A stretch of DNA of 64,000 nt. Source: Eledone cirrhosa (taxonomy: Eukaryota). The DNA is taken from positions 14,384,001 through 14,448,000 of the forward strand of contig OZ024747.1 of NCBI GenBank assembly GCA_964016885.1, read 5' to 3'. The notes under the pieces are model-generated. The model was given only the letters and a program-made list of their open reading frames with translations. It was not told the DNA's origin and made no database searches. A program made the translations under genes and the position numbers. Positions 29,829-44,010 of the stretch are shown here, piece after piece (the stretch's first letter is position 1; each line of letters opens with the position of its first letter).

Positions 29829-30081
29829 TAAGTATGTTTTGAAACAGTGAGCAGGTTTAAAATTAGAAAATAGAATAGCTTTCACCGTATTTTTGACTAA
29901 AGGAATTTTAGCCTGATAATATATATATATGCATCATATTTTGAGTATATGGTGGTTGTCTACCATATGATTACAGTTCCTCAGTGAAATAACAACCCAA
30001 CCAGGAATTGGGCATATCAGAGTATTGACAAAGTTAAACACCTCAACAAAATGTGTACTCGTCTCTACCACACTAATTCGG

Positions 30082-30136
30082 ACTGCCTGAAGAGGTCACA
30101 GCCAAAGATGGCTGTCACTGAAATATATATAGCAGT
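30082..30136 (+). ncRNA. Type I hammerhead ribozyme
   Basis: ACUGC CUGAAGA GGUC-ACAGCCA-AAGA-UGGCUGU-CACU GAA AUAUAUAU A GCAGU, followed directly by AAUAAA. Confidence 0.85.
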
Positions 30137-30182
30137 AATAAACGAAGCCGAACTTTAAACATTTGACTTATTTATTTTATTT

Positions 30183-30281
<99 letters not shown>

Positions 30282-30835
30282 CATCAGTGTGTGTGTGTCT
30301 ATAGATGTATGCATATATTTACAGTAGTACATTGGAGCTGTGTTTGCCCTTAGGAAACAAGTAAAAATGTGATGTAGTCCCTATACACACGATGATATGA
30401 GGAATAAATTCTTGAAATCAGAGTGAAAATTAGAGGGAAACACCTTGAATTAAATGTTGAACACATGTATGTCAATTACAATAGAAAACAACAACAACAA
30501 CGAGGACCAAAGTGAAGAGGTTTTGATGGTTTGAGTGTTGATGAGGGTGAAGATGTGTGTATGTAAACTTGTCTTGTACGAGTATATCATCTTTATTTCC
30601 TTCTTCCAGTCACTTCTGTGCACCAGCACACTTATCCTTGTCATCTTCCGCTTTCAATATTTTCTATATTTCATCTGCCTGTCACCCACCTAGTAGATTG
30701 TCTCTCTGTTGACCACTGGCCGCTGGTCTCTGTCTTCTGAGGCAATTTTGGCCATCGCTGTCTTTGATAGCATTTAGCTGTTTTATCGGCTGTTCTAGTG
30801 ATGAGTGTTCTCATTTTTATATGTATATGTATGTA

Positions 30836-30902
<67 letters not shown>

Positions 30903-30905
<3 letters not shown>

Positions 30906-31455
30906 GATAAATCTACCAAAAGTTTACGGTAGTGTCCAATCCGTATGAAGAACTCAATGTAATCCGGATATCATGGAAAGAAGAGATGCATTCAAAAATC
31001 ACTTTCGGTGAAAGATAAACGGAATACAGAGTCAAGATAAAATATTAAAAAAATAATGAATAACACAATGAAACAGTTCCTTATATTAAACAAAAAAAGT
31101 TCATTATTTAACGATCGTTTCTAGGACATATATGTGTTAGAATTGGCATGCATATTCAAAAGATCTATGTACAAAATTATACAAAATTATACAAACTGTC
31201 AAATAGAATATACATACCAACACATACATATGCCGTCTTCAGAAATCATTATTTCTGAAGACGGCATATGTATGTGTTGGTATGTATATTCTATTTGACA
31301 GTTTGTATAATTTTGTATAATTTTGTACATAGATCTTTTGAATATGCATGCCAATTCTAACACATATATGTCCTAGAAACGATCGTTAAATAATGAACTT
31401 TTTTTGTTTAATATAAGGAACTGTTTCATTGTTTTATTCATTATTTTTTTAATAT
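30903..31455. mobile_element. Penelope-like terminal element with near-perfect fold-back arms of about 195 bp
   Basis: Palindrome centred near 31248; its terminus also occurs at 18248-18352 in the opposite orientation. Confidence 0.8.
31246..31396 (+). ncRNA. Hammerhead with a stem II domain of about 114 nt
   Basis: UCAUUAUUU CUGAAGA [long imperfect hairpin] GAA ACGAUCGU U AAAUAAUGA. Confidence 0.7.
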
Positions 31456-31536
31456 TTAAATATATATATATATATATACATACATATACATATAAAAATG
31501 AGAACTCGGGAATTTTATATTCTCTGAGTGAAAAGA

Positions 31537-31623
31537 ACCTTCTGACGAGAGTTTATCTTTTCAATGGAAGGCCGCAAGGACTGTCCATTTATTTTTGAGA
31601 CTGGAAACCGATTCGGTAAAGGT
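31537..31623 (+). ncRNA. Hammerhead with an extended stem II; truncated direct repeat at about 31995-32090
   Basis: ACCUU CUGACGA GAGUUU...AGACUG GAAA CCG-AUU-CGG UA AAGGU. Confidence 0.75.
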
Positions 31624-32249
31624 AACCATAGTGAGTACAGTGAATTTTTTAAAATTTATTTTGAAACTTTTTCTTACTTGCTAAACCTTGATTATATATG
31701 TTCTGGCTCGTTAATTTATTAACCTGCCATTGAACCACATTGGCATATGGTTGGACAATACATGTGTCCCTAGACGCTTTTTGCGTGTAGGGATATATAC
31801 TTTATTATTATTATTATACTCCTCTTGGTCGAGATAAAATTTGGTCTTTCTGACTGCTGCTATTTATAGTGGTAGTAGACTGACCTCCCTGCCTCTGCTT
31901 CTATCTTTACACACGGCACTGGACAGAATTGCTTCCACATCATTCATTCTCATCTCGGGAACAATTTTGAACAGTGCCAGTTCGTAATTTGAATTCGGGA
32001 ATTTTATATTCTCCGAGTGAAAAGAACCTTCTGACGAGAGTTTATCTTTTCAAAGGAAGGCCGCAAGGACTGTCCATTTATTTTTGAGACATATCTCTCT
32101 CTCTATATATATATAGAAACGTTCTATATATTTATTCTATACGTCCTATATATATATATAAGAACGTTCCTATTACCCACTCTACTACCCTAAGTATTGA
32201 GTACTTTGGTGCGTTATGGTCCATCCGGTTCCTTACCACTTTTCCTTCG

Positions 32250-32325
<76 letters not shown>

Positions 32326-32790
32326 GGAGAGAGAGAGAGAGAGAGAGAAAGAGAAATATGTATATAAATAAGAATATATGTATATATATACATATACATA
32401 TATATATGATGATGGCTGCCCCCTCGTTATCGCGTATGGCCATTGCACGATATACCATTATTAATTATCTTTAATTAAATCTATCCTGCAATACTGTGCG
32501 TGAAGATATTTTTTAAAGTGAAGAAAGACCGTGCACTGAGCCAATCCCACTCTCTGAGCGACATTAGTTATAACCTGAAAAGAAGAAAAGATCAACATAA
32601 TCGGTAACTACTGAGCCGTAGGTTTTATATCGGAGTTATTCCAGTTTGCTGAGTTGCCTTCTCCTAGAAGAATACCCTGACAAAAGCTAGGGGTCCTTCA
32701 CTCCTATTGGTTTAACCGCGCGGTACATGTCTGTATATATATTTACACACTTTCGGATGGCCGTTGACTCTTATGAGTTTTTCCGCCCTT

Positions 32791-32990
<200 letters not shown>

Positions 32991-33004
32991 CATATATATA
33001 CATA

Positions 33005-33335
33005 ATAATAATAAATTTGAAGACTAAAATCCAAAGAGGGCTCGATAAGGATAAATATATATCAGATATATAAGAACCGTAGGGCAAATATTTATTAAAA
33101 TAACAGATTAAAGTTTAAGCAAAGAATCGCTGCTTTCACTCTTAACGGGATCTTCTAAAACTAAAAAAGTCAATCTGTGAACGCAGAAGTAAATATTTCA
33201 AGAAAAGTTGCAACCGAAGGAAGACAGGAAGACGATACTTTGGTTCGTGGCAACGTTCCCTGGCAAAGAACGTTAAGGGTGAAAGCAGCGATTCTTTGCT
33301 TAAACTTTAATCTGTTATTTTAATAAATATATTTA
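33005..33335. mobile_element. Element in (TA)n with 60-bp inverted arms
   Basis: 33086-33146 is the inverse of about 33270-33333; internally deleted derivatives at 26358-26405 and 33925-33975. Confidence 0.65.
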
Positions 33336-33342
33336 TATATAC

Positions 33343-33435
<93 letters not shown>

Positions 33436-33492
33436 ACAGCACGTAGACGCTCATATATATATATACACACATTAGCGTGTATATTTTTCAGT

Positions 33493-33532
<40 letters not shown>

Positions 33533-33882
33533 AAGAGTACGAGTGAGTCTACAGATTGTTTGCACATAATAAAGAGAATAACGTTAAAACAGGCATTTGG
33601 GAGAAAACATTGGGTTTGATGTTCTTTTAAATTCTGTGAGAATAACATTTAGAATTCAGATCTTTATAAATAGGAATAAAACAAAACTACAAACAAACAA
33701 GATAACAAAAGAACGAAACAACTGACAAATTAGCTGAAAGAAAGAATTTAATGAGTGAGAAGCGGGAAATACTGTTATGTGATCATAGACACAGTTTATA
33801 GTGTGTGGTTGTATGTGTGTGTATATGTGTGCGTGTGTACCTGCGTGTGCGTGTGTACCTGCGTGTGCGTGTTTGTATTTAT

Positions 33883-33919
<37 letters not shown>

Positions 33920-33980
33920 GATATAATAATAATAATAAATTTGCTTAAACTTTAATCTGTTATTTTAATAAATATCTCTA

Positions 33981-34128
33981 TCTAGAGCGGGTAAAATTCC
34001 CGAGATCCATGGAAGAGTTCTCTCCAACGGACACTGTCCCTCATTATCGCTGCTATGTCCTGCGTCTCCAACAGATCAGTGTCTGTCCTTAGGGCATCAA
34101 CATACGTTAACCTTGGTCTTCCACTTGT
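33981..34128 (-). mobile_element. RTE LINE 3' end fragment
   Basis: Homologous to 53323-53470; encodes a GRPRLTYVD...D-x-V-R-W-R-E-L type tail. Confidence 0.8.
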
Positions 34129-34737
34129 CTGTATATCAGAAAAACAAGCAAAGGAAGAAAGAGTGCTCTATGTATAGAACAGAGCTATTTAATTGGAAAG
34201 TGAACAGCACAAAATATAACTATTCCATTACTAAAGGTTTCAGGCCCCTAGACAATATCAATATAGAATTATATATATATCTAAAAGGTAAACAGAGATA
34301 ACGCAATCGGTACAGTATATGGAAGGAATATGTTAGGTTAACGCTTGGAATAGCAGGAATAGGGTCTTAACGTTTCAGACGCTAGTCCTTCATCAGAAGA
34401 AAGAATGATAAATAAGATAGATTGAAGGGACGGGCGGGGTGGAGGGGGAAAATGTCTTTAGATAAAAATAACAGGTCCATTCATGTTGACATCTCTAGAT
34501 ATATATATGCATATATATGCATATATATGTATATATATATAAAGATGAGGATGGAGTAAAAGATTATGAGAAAAGAGAACAGATAGTCATTGAGAAGGTC
34601 CAGAATATGCGACGAAAGTAATTTAATGAAACTATCCCAAATCTGGTAATGAAGCTGAGGTAAAAAATTCTAAATCATATCGTATGTCAGCTCCAATATT
34701 TGCTGCAATGAGAACATGATCAACCCCAAATATAACA

Positions 34738-34776
<39 letters not shown>

Positions 34777-34929
34777 AATATTTGAAGGAAGTGAAAATCT
34801 ACAGGTGCATGCGTTTTTATTGGCACCGTGACCCTCCCAAAGTATAACAAAATCTGTTTCAACACACGTTTTCAGATAAGAAATCTTGCAAAACAAATTC
34901 AAAAACGCAGTTTATATATATATATATAT

Positions 34930-35401
34930 ACGATATTAACAAATGGAAACTATATTTATAAAACCATATCTATTTTATTATACATATTTCAAGGATACCA
35001 TGTTAAATTATGGTATGCTTTCATCAGACAAAATACAATACATACCAGTTTTATAAATAAATATTGACATACCCTTTCAAAATGCAACCGTTACTTTTGG
35101 AAGACATCAGGGACGTCTTCAGGCATGTCTATCCCTGATGTCTTCCAAAAGTAACGGTTGCATTTTGAAAGGGTATGTCAATATTTATTTATAAAACTGG
35201 TATATATTGTATTTTGTCTGATGAAAGCATACCATAATTTAACATGGTATCCTTGAAATATGTATAATAAAATAGATATGGTTTTATAAATATAGTTTCC
35301 ATTTGTTAATATCGTATATTTACTCCAAATACTTGTCGAGTGCTTTATATCAGTTATAAAAATATTTGCTTGTTGTATCCCAACAATTTAAATAGAACTT
35401 T

Positions 35402-35402
<1 letters not shown>
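34930..35402. mobile_element. Penelope-like terminal element, family 1, copy 3; hammerheads at 35210-35274 (+) and about 34971-35035 (-)
   Basis: Arms of about 184 bp; stem II AUACCAU/AUGGUAU is compensatory to ACACC/GGUGU in copy 1. Confidence 0.85.
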
Positions 35403-35445
<43 letters not shown>

Positions 35446-35501
35446 GAGGGAGAGAGAGAGAGAGAAAGAGAGAGAAAGAGAGAGATAGAGAGAGAGAAAG
35501 T

Positions 35502-35553
<52 letters not shown>

Positions 35554-35859
35554 GAGAGCGGTATCTACATGCTTAAATAAATACACACACTCATAGACAG
35601 ATACGCATGCAACCATGTATGATGGTGTGTATATCTGTGTCTATGTATACACGTGTGTATCCTGTCCATTTAGTGTTGGTAACATTGCGGCTGCCCTTTG
35701 TTAAAATGATTTCTGTTAGCATTTTCAAACAAAGAAATTATAAGTTAAAATATCGCAAATACCTACATTTATATAACATCATGACCAATGAATAGCTTCA
35801 ATGGACATCTGAATAATTGAACGAATGACTAACACTAACAAAAATAGTAATAAAAATAA

Positions 35860-36063
35860 TAATGGTTTCTTATATAGCACAAGGCCAGCAATTTCAGGGG
35901 GAGGGGGAAAGCGATCAGCTCGACCCCAGTGCGTGACTGGTACTTTATTTTATCGAGCTCGGAAGGATGAAAGGCAAAGTTAAGCTCGGCGGGATTTGAA
36001 CTCAGATCATAAAGAACCGTAACTCTATGCCACGAAGCAGTGTGACCGACATTCTACCGATAC
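35860..36063 (-). mobile_element. SINE family A, long subfamily; a short-subfamily copy lies at 36649-36815
   Basis: Match to family consensus. Confidence 0.85.
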
Positions 36064-36577
36064 ACTAACGAACCCAAAACGTAAAAAGCTGGAAAATACT
36101 ATATATGAGCAAGTGGGGATCACAAGTGCTGGCCGCCCCACGGCCCCGGCGGACAGAATGGAGAAGGTGTTTCTCCCGGGAACAATAACAATCGCTCTAT
36201 CAAGCTGTAACTACAGCAGTGTACTTAAAAACTGCTACAAAACAACACTTTAGAGAGCACACTCTTCCATCATAAATAGATACTTGAAGGATCCATTCAA
36301 CAGCGATTCTCGCGGATAACACGAATGCTATAACATCTCCCCACATTAAGATCGTAGACATTCCTTAATACATCGGCGCCATCGAATGGAGACACATATC
36401 TGATGAAGGATTATAATCGGAAAGTACGAACAACAATAACAACTAATTTACTGATAACAGTAAAGCTCTGTGTCCTGAGTTACGACATTTTAGTTTATTT
36501 TATTTCCTTTTACCTACCATTCTAGTCTACTTGAACAGCACATAACTCTATCCACTGGAAAATCTACGATATATACA

Positions 36578-36634
<57 letters not shown>

Positions 36635-36853
36635 GTATATATATAGTAATAATTGTTTCTACTTTAGGCACAAGGCCAGTAATTACCCAGTGCATTACTG
36701 GTACTTTATTTTATCGACCCCGTAAGGATGAAAGGCAAAGTCAACCTCGGCGGGATTTGAACTCAGATCGTAAAGGGATGTAACTATGCTGGAAAGCATG
36801 GCGTCCGACCCTCTATATATATAGTAATAATAAATGTGAAGACTAAAATCCGA

Positions 36854-36919
<66 letters not shown>

Positions 36920-37703
36920 GTGAGAGAGTGAGAGAGAGAGTGTGTGAAAGAGTGTGCGAGAGAGAGAAAAAGAAAGAGAGGGAGATAGAGAGAGAGAGTA
37001 AAATCGGAAATAAACGATAAAGTTTTGTAAAAATCAATAATAAATTAATTTAATTCGAATTATATTCCGGCACTACTAAAACTTTGATGTTGATTTAAAT
37101 ACAATAGAATTGTATTTGGTTTACAACAGTAGAATATGTATCGATACAAGTAATTGCATTTTGTAATAATGATGTTACAATTAAAAGAAAATATCTCTTG
37201 ACTATTAAAATTGAAAATCAGAAACCGCAAAATTTAGAAGCTATTGTTATCGATTCTGAAATGAAATGAACTTTATTTAGAATGAATTGTCCAAAACCTT
37301 TTAAAACGTCAACGATAGCTATGATTTTACTGATATTGTAAAGAATGATTTGAATATGAAAAATAAAATTGACAATTTATGTGCAAATATTCGAAAGTAT
37401 TTTCAAATGGTTTAGACTACTGTACCAAAATACAGACTACAATTCAACTTTCTGGTGTGAAAATGATTAATTGAAATGTCGGACGGCTGTCATTTTTGAA
37501 AATCGAATAGGAAAAAGTATTGTAACTTGATGTATGTTTCAGTAGATTAGAATATATTGATTAGAGTAACTGGACTACTCCAGATATCAAGCTCTAGTAT
37601 GTGGTGACTTCAAACTGACAATATACAAACACATTTTAAAAGGCTACTACTCATCAATGTTTATTCCATAAACTTGTGGATTGATGCAAGAATCTTTAAA
37701 GTA

Positions 37704-37874
37704 CAGTATTTCTCGGCGTCGAAGACGCTACTATTTTCCTAAAATAAGCCTCGACAATCTAACATGCGTCCTGGGGGGCGAAGGTTGTTTATTATTTTTT
37801 TTTTTCAAATTTTTGGTTGTCAAAATTAGGGTGCGTCCTCGAGGACGAAGCGTCTACGGCGCCGGGAAATACTG
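37704..37874. mobile_element. pogo/Tc2-type MITE; partial inverted copy at 51826-51963
   Basis: Imperfect 25-bp TIRs CAGTATTTCTCGGCGTCGAAGACGC/GCGTCTACGGCGCCGGGAAATACTG with TA on both sides. Confidence 0.8.
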
Positions 37875-37994
37875 TAATTAATTTAAAAATACCATATTTA
37901 CAGATCGAGTTAACAGTTAGATATGGACACCTTAATCCTGATGGAATCGTAGGGGTGCTGTAATGACATGCAGTGTATCTTGGCCATTATAAAC

Positions 37995-38038
37995 CTGACG
38001 AATCCCATCCCGTCTCGATGTCTGAACACACCCGACTT
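37995..38038 (-). CDS. Candidate second coding exon (44 nt)
   Basis: Polypyrimidine tract and AG acceptor, GT donor; in frame with 38400-38436, reading EVGCVQTSRRDGIRQ. Confidence 0.3.
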
Positions 38039-38399
38039 CTTTCAGAGAGTAAGAGAGAGGGCGGGGGGATAAAATATTGAAGGAATATTGAGATGGCTGG
38101 GATAGTATGCGAATATCGAAGTGAAGGGAAGGATAATGGAAAGATGCAATGGAAGGGAACGAAAGAGAGGGGTGTGTTAGACAGAGAAAGACAGTGCGTG
38201 TATGTGTGTGATAGAGAAGAAGTGAGAGAGATATATAGAGAAAGATTCAACACTTCAACTGGTTTGACCTCGGTGGATTTAGAACTCAGAGCGAGAAGAA
38301 AGCCGAAACGAATATAGCAAAACATTCTATCTGACATTCTATTGAACCTCTCAATTCGGTACTTCCAAATTAACAGTAGAATCGCAAAATTATATGTAC

Positions 38400-38436
38400 C
38401 TGAATATGATTCGATTACGGAATTTTCTGACGCCAT
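38400..38436 (-). CDS. Candidate first coding exon
   Basis: ACAATGG start context, MASENSVIESYS, CAG|GTACAT donor, set in repeat-poor sequence. Confidence 0.35.
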
Positions 38437-39545
38437 TGTACACCAAACACTCACACCTCACACTCACTGGATGAATGTGTTGAGTATCTGTTGCACAAAA
38501 CTCACTCACAACGGTCGTCATCGCCACATGCTTGTCAAGATTCACATTCATAGATATGATGGCCTGAACCGTTCAGAACATCAGAACTATACTCGTCGTC
38601 ATTAATTAAATAATGAATATATACAATGTGTTGTTATGAATTACGTTTTAAGACTTTGTACCATTTATCAATTAATACACACCCTATTGTACGAAATTCA
38701 TCGTATTAGACTATCCTTTCATTGTATTTCAATCATTATGATTTATTATTAGATTGGGATTGTAAGCAACCATTAACATATTCAATAATTCAGTTATTAT
38801 CATGTTATATTTTTGTAATTATTTATCAGAATATTAGCAGCACAAACTGTCGAAAGGAATACTGGTATATTTGGTATAAATATGACACTATTGATATATA
38901 GACATTGGTTTGTCGCTTGCATTTCACATGCTCATTTGTATCTATCTGAACAAAAGTGCCGCACTGCTGAATTAGCCAATATTAGATAAAGTAAGAGATA
39001 AATACTTAAATATTTAGCTGAAACTATGTATGTGTGTATGTATGTATGTAAGTATGCATGTATGTATGTATGTATGTTCTTCTGGCTTTATAATTTTATA
39101 AATTTTGTATGCATGTATATATATATGTATGTATATATTATGTGTGTGTGTAAATGCATGTCTCTTTCTCTCACTGAATATATATATATATGCATATATG
39201 CATATATTCATTGATATACATATTTACATGTATATATATATATATCTAAAAATAATATATATATACATGTGTGTGTATGTATATGTGTATGTGTGTGTAT
39301 TTGTGTTTGTGTGTATGTGCCTGTATATATGAGATCATGATATCTGAGTTTATAGTAGAAAAATCTTCCCCAACACTTTAGACATTATAGCAGAACTTGA
39401 AACCAAGTGCTTACGAAGTGAATACCATTACCACACAGCCGTACTTGAACCCAGATCTTATTTGTATTTTATCATATTTTCATAAGGTGCCATAGTAAGT
39501 TTAATAGGGTCATTATCTGGCTTTCTTCATATTTTAATGTTAGAT

Positions 39546-39614
<69 letters not shown>

Positions 39615-39627
39615 CACCACCACCACC

Positions 39628-39715
<88 letters not shown>

Positions 39716-39854
39716 GAGGTTAACTTTGCCATTCATCCTTACGGGGTCGATAAAATAAAGTACCAGTAATGTACTGGGTGTTTGCTGGCCTTGTGCCAAA
39801 AGTAGAAACAATTATATACACATACATATATGCATAAATACATACATACAAACA

Positions 39855-40180
39855 TGATTGCTGCAAATTCGTGTTCGAGCATTGCCATCACCCGACACAA
39901 TGCTCTTTAAACCACCCAAAGACTTGCACCCTCTAGATCATTCATGGCAACTGTAGGCTCCTCTGGGTCTGTGTGTGTTCTCATGTGTCTTTTAAGCCAT
40001 TCCATGCTAGCACTTTCCTTGCTAGATTCCTTACACCTTTTCAGATCATAATCTACATGAGGTCTACTGATATGACTTTGTTCGTGTCTAGTCAAACCAG
40101 CTTTGTTCAGACAGACTCGACCACAGTGTTGTCCAACAGCAGGCAGTTCAGAACAGTCTCCTTTCCTTACCTACCATAGC
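39855..40180 (-). mobile_element. LINE 3' fragment, probably RTE, with decayed C2H2 fingers
   Basis: QHCGRVCLNKAGLTRHEQSH and CKESSKESASMEWLKRHMRTH; flanked by (CATA)n. Confidence 0.55.
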
Positions 40181-40317
40181 TTCCATACATACATACATAC
40201 ATACATACATACATACATACATACATACATACATACATACATACACACGCATGTACATTCATTTCATGCATGTATACATACAAGCGTACATATATGTATT
40301 CACTTATAAGCATACAT

Positions 40318-40565
40318 AGAGCATGGCTTAGTTGTTAGAGCATTGGGCTTGCAATCGAAAGGTTATGACTTCAATTCTCGGACCGGGGGATGTGTTGTTT
40401 CCTTGAGCAAGACATTATTTCACGTTGCTCCAGTTTACTCAACACTACTGTAGAAATGAGATGACAGGACTGGGGTTCCCTAGCATTAAATCAGCTAAGA
40501 CACTTCCAACGAGATATACCTTGGAGGAGGCCAGCTAAACCTGCACAGGTGTGAGCTGTCACACA
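40318..40565 (+). mobile_element. SINE family B, near full length
   Basis: tRNA head GCATGGCTTAGTTGTTAGAGC, B-box remnant and CORE/V-like domain. Confidence 0.85.
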
Positions 40566-40809
40566 CAAATACATAGATTCAACTAAGAATCTACATATTC
40601 ACCATTATACGTACATGAACATACTCATGAATATATATGCATCCATGCACGCACATGCGCACAGATATTCATATGTGAATATTGATGCTCGCACATGCGG
40701 ACATTAAACATGTTAATCACGAACAAACATGCACACACTGACAATCGAAATCACACAAACACGTACACATGAAAAACAAACATGAGTCACACTCACACAA
40801 CCAACCGTG

Positions 40810-40864
<55 letters not shown>

Positions 40865-40948
40865 GTGTGTGTGAGAGAGGGAGAGAGAGAGAGGGAGGGA
40901 ATGTGTGTGTGTGTCTCTCTCTAATATATTTATATATGTATATATATG

Positions 40949-40990
<42 letters not shown>

Positions 40991-41084
40991 AAATAAAATA
41001 ACAAGGACGATTTGTTACTCCATTACGTTTATTAAGGTTATCAAGGTTCGATCTGTATCGATCTAGCCCGACTCGGTAATCAGG

Positions 41085-41166
<82 letters not shown>

Positions 41167-41645
41167 GGTTTGTATTTCAGTTACTTGCCTTTTCAGATTT
41201 TCTCCTCACTCTCAGATTTTCCATGTATCTATGTATATTTCTTTCTCCCTCAATTCATGTGTTTGTCCTTCTCTTACTCTTTCTTTATCTCCCTCACTAT
41301 TTTACTCCCACTTTCTCTGGTTTTCTTTGTTTTTAGTCTAACACCCACTCTTTTGCTTAATTATTAACAATAATTTCTTAGATGTTGATTGGTGTGAATA
41401 ACTGTTGAGATCATAAACCTTTTTGTTCAGCAGTAGCAAGCAGATCAATATTGCAGGAAATCACTTTCTCTCTCACTCTCTCTCTCTCTGTATATATATA
41501 TATATATACAAACATACACACACACACACACATGTATATATATGTATTGATATATATTTACATACATATATACATACATATATACATATGTATGTATGTA
41601 TATACATACAGAAAGAGAGAGAGAGGAGGGGGTGAGAGATAGAGA

Positions 41646-41754
<109 letters not shown>

Positions 41755-41779
41755 TGAGAGAGAAAAAGGACTGAGAGTG

Positions 41780-41836
<57 letters not shown>

Positions 41837-42292
41837 AATAAATAAATAAATAGGTAGATAGATATATAGCTAGATTGATGAATAGACAAATCGATACGTT
41901 GGCCAATAGATAGATAGATAGATAGATAGATATATAGATAGATAGATAGATAGATAGATAGAGGGAGCGCGAGACCGACAAAGAACAAAATCGACAGAGA
42001 GGGAGAAATAGATTAAGAGGTAGGGTAGACTGGTTGAATAACACAAACAATACAAAGAGCATTCGTTGGTAATTGTGTCTATAGAAAAAAGCATTAATGA
42101 TTTTAACACGGTGGTGTTAATATCATATTTACATCAGAATGCTTTTGTTAATATGTGACAAATTTGATAATTTAGGTATTTAAGTTGAATAGCTCGCTAT
42201 TCATGATGATTCACGTATCCACTCATACCACACTCACCCCTACACCAACAACAACAAACATCACTACCAGTAGCATCCATGCGAAAAAAATA

Positions 42293-42342
<50 letters not shown>

Positions 42343-42732
42343 TATAAACTATAAGCATATATAGATACATACATACACATGCACACACACACTAACAAAC
42401 ACACACACAAATATGCACACATATTCACACATATATATATTTATTAATAAAGGGGTAGAAATTAGATAAGTAGATAAGTAAATATCTAATAAAAATGGCG
42501 AACGTTAAATAAGTAAATAATCAAATAAAAGGGAGATAAATCAAATGGTAAAGAATGTAATTATGAATATGCAGCAAACAAACATACACATAAACAAAGG
42601 AAAAACTAAATGGATTATGATAGATAATTCTATAATTAATACCCTTAATAGAAAGAACATTTCAGATTTTAGCAATGGATATTGTTAAAAGGGTTATTTT
42701 TTTATTGTGATGGAAAGTTTATAGTAGTATTT

Positions 42733-42793
<61 letters not shown>

Positions 42794-43041
42794 TGGTGGT
42801 GATGGTGGTGGTGGTTGTGGTGGTGGTAGTGGTGGCGGTGGTGTTAGTGGTGTTGGTGTTGGTCTTAGTTGTTTTTGTTGATGTTGTTCGTCTACTTGTT
42901 CTGTAGTATATGTACAATGTATGTTGTGCTATTTGCTTGCATAGTTATTGCGTTTCTTTTAGGTATTGCGTAATGTCATGTTATTGTTTTATTTTTATTG
43001 TTTTAACCATGTTTAGCCCTGAGGCTCCAGATCCTTTGCTA

Positions 43042-43359
43042 TAGGGGTGTGCAACATATTCCATTGGCGGACCACTTTTGAACATTGGAACAACTATTAG
43101 GGTCATTAATATTTATTAAGCACTATTCCAAAGATTCACCACAACTTCTTTCCATAATACGAAACTGGGAAATTAGAAACACACTTATCCCTATCAGTGA
43201 AGCCCTTTAGTGTAGGTCAACTAACGGAAAATTGTATTACGGTTACGAAAACAATTCTAAATAAGCCTAAAAGGTAAACATTAAACGGTCAACACGGGCC
43301 ACTCTGACTGGTCTGGCGAGCTGGATTGTGGCCCACGGGCCGCTGTTTGTACGCTCCTG
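43042..43359. mobile_element. hAT/Charlie-like MITE
   Basis: TAGGGGTGTGCAAC...GGCCCACGGGCCG...GTTTGTACGCTCCTG; no target-site duplication found. Confidence 0.55.
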
Positions 43360-43799
43360 TTGTAGAGGGTCTAGCTTTAAACATTGCATCTTTTTCCAAA
43401 TGTTGTTATTCACTCACCAATATTTCCTCCCAGCTTTAAGATGTATGCTTTTAAGGAATTTGGCTGTTATATCTAGTACACAGATCGACTATATAAAGGA
43501 TCCCCGTGATTACTGTGATATGTGGTTTGTGTTATAATATTAATGTTGAGTTGCAAACATTTTAAAATCATTCGTTAATTTTATCGAATTTCGCTACCTA
43601 CGAAATTGCTGGCCTTGTGTTTAAATAGTAAATTGTTATTATATTACTAGCGAATGTCTAGTGTACCAGTTACAGGACATGTCCAAAAGGTGTACTATAG
43701 CATTTAAGCTATTAAATTTAAAACATCATCGGAAGGAAGTATATGTTGCTTATCAGGGATATATTTGGACTGTGTATACATATGTAGATTGTATCACCG

Positions 43800-44010
43800 T
43801 TTGTTTCCATGTCGAGTTTGCCAACGAATTTGATCAACGGAACAGTCTGCCCGTGAAATTTACGTATAAATGACTGAGCGTTTTATAGACACGAGTACTC
43901 ATAATGTAGTTATGAGAGAAATTCAGCGGGACAAAGTGTGTCAATTGTCTAACCCATTTGAGTTACTGATACAACTCACTTTTTGTCAGCTGAGTAGGCT
44001 GATTCAACAT
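43800..44010 (+). mobile_element. Third SINE-like family; fragments at 14140-14200 (+) and 45605-45720 (-)
   Basis: Shared TTGATCAACGGAACAGTCTG...GACTGAGC...AGACACG. Confidence 0.55.

Noticed and set aside
34842-34880. Minus-strand CUGAAAA...GAAACAGAUUUUGUU, and a similar weak relic at 19035-19148
   Set aside because: Core mismatches and weak stems; too degenerate to call.
36408-36432. CUGAUGAAGGAUUAUAAUCGGAAAGUAC
   Set aside because: No UH cleavage site or stem I partner, so it was not counted.
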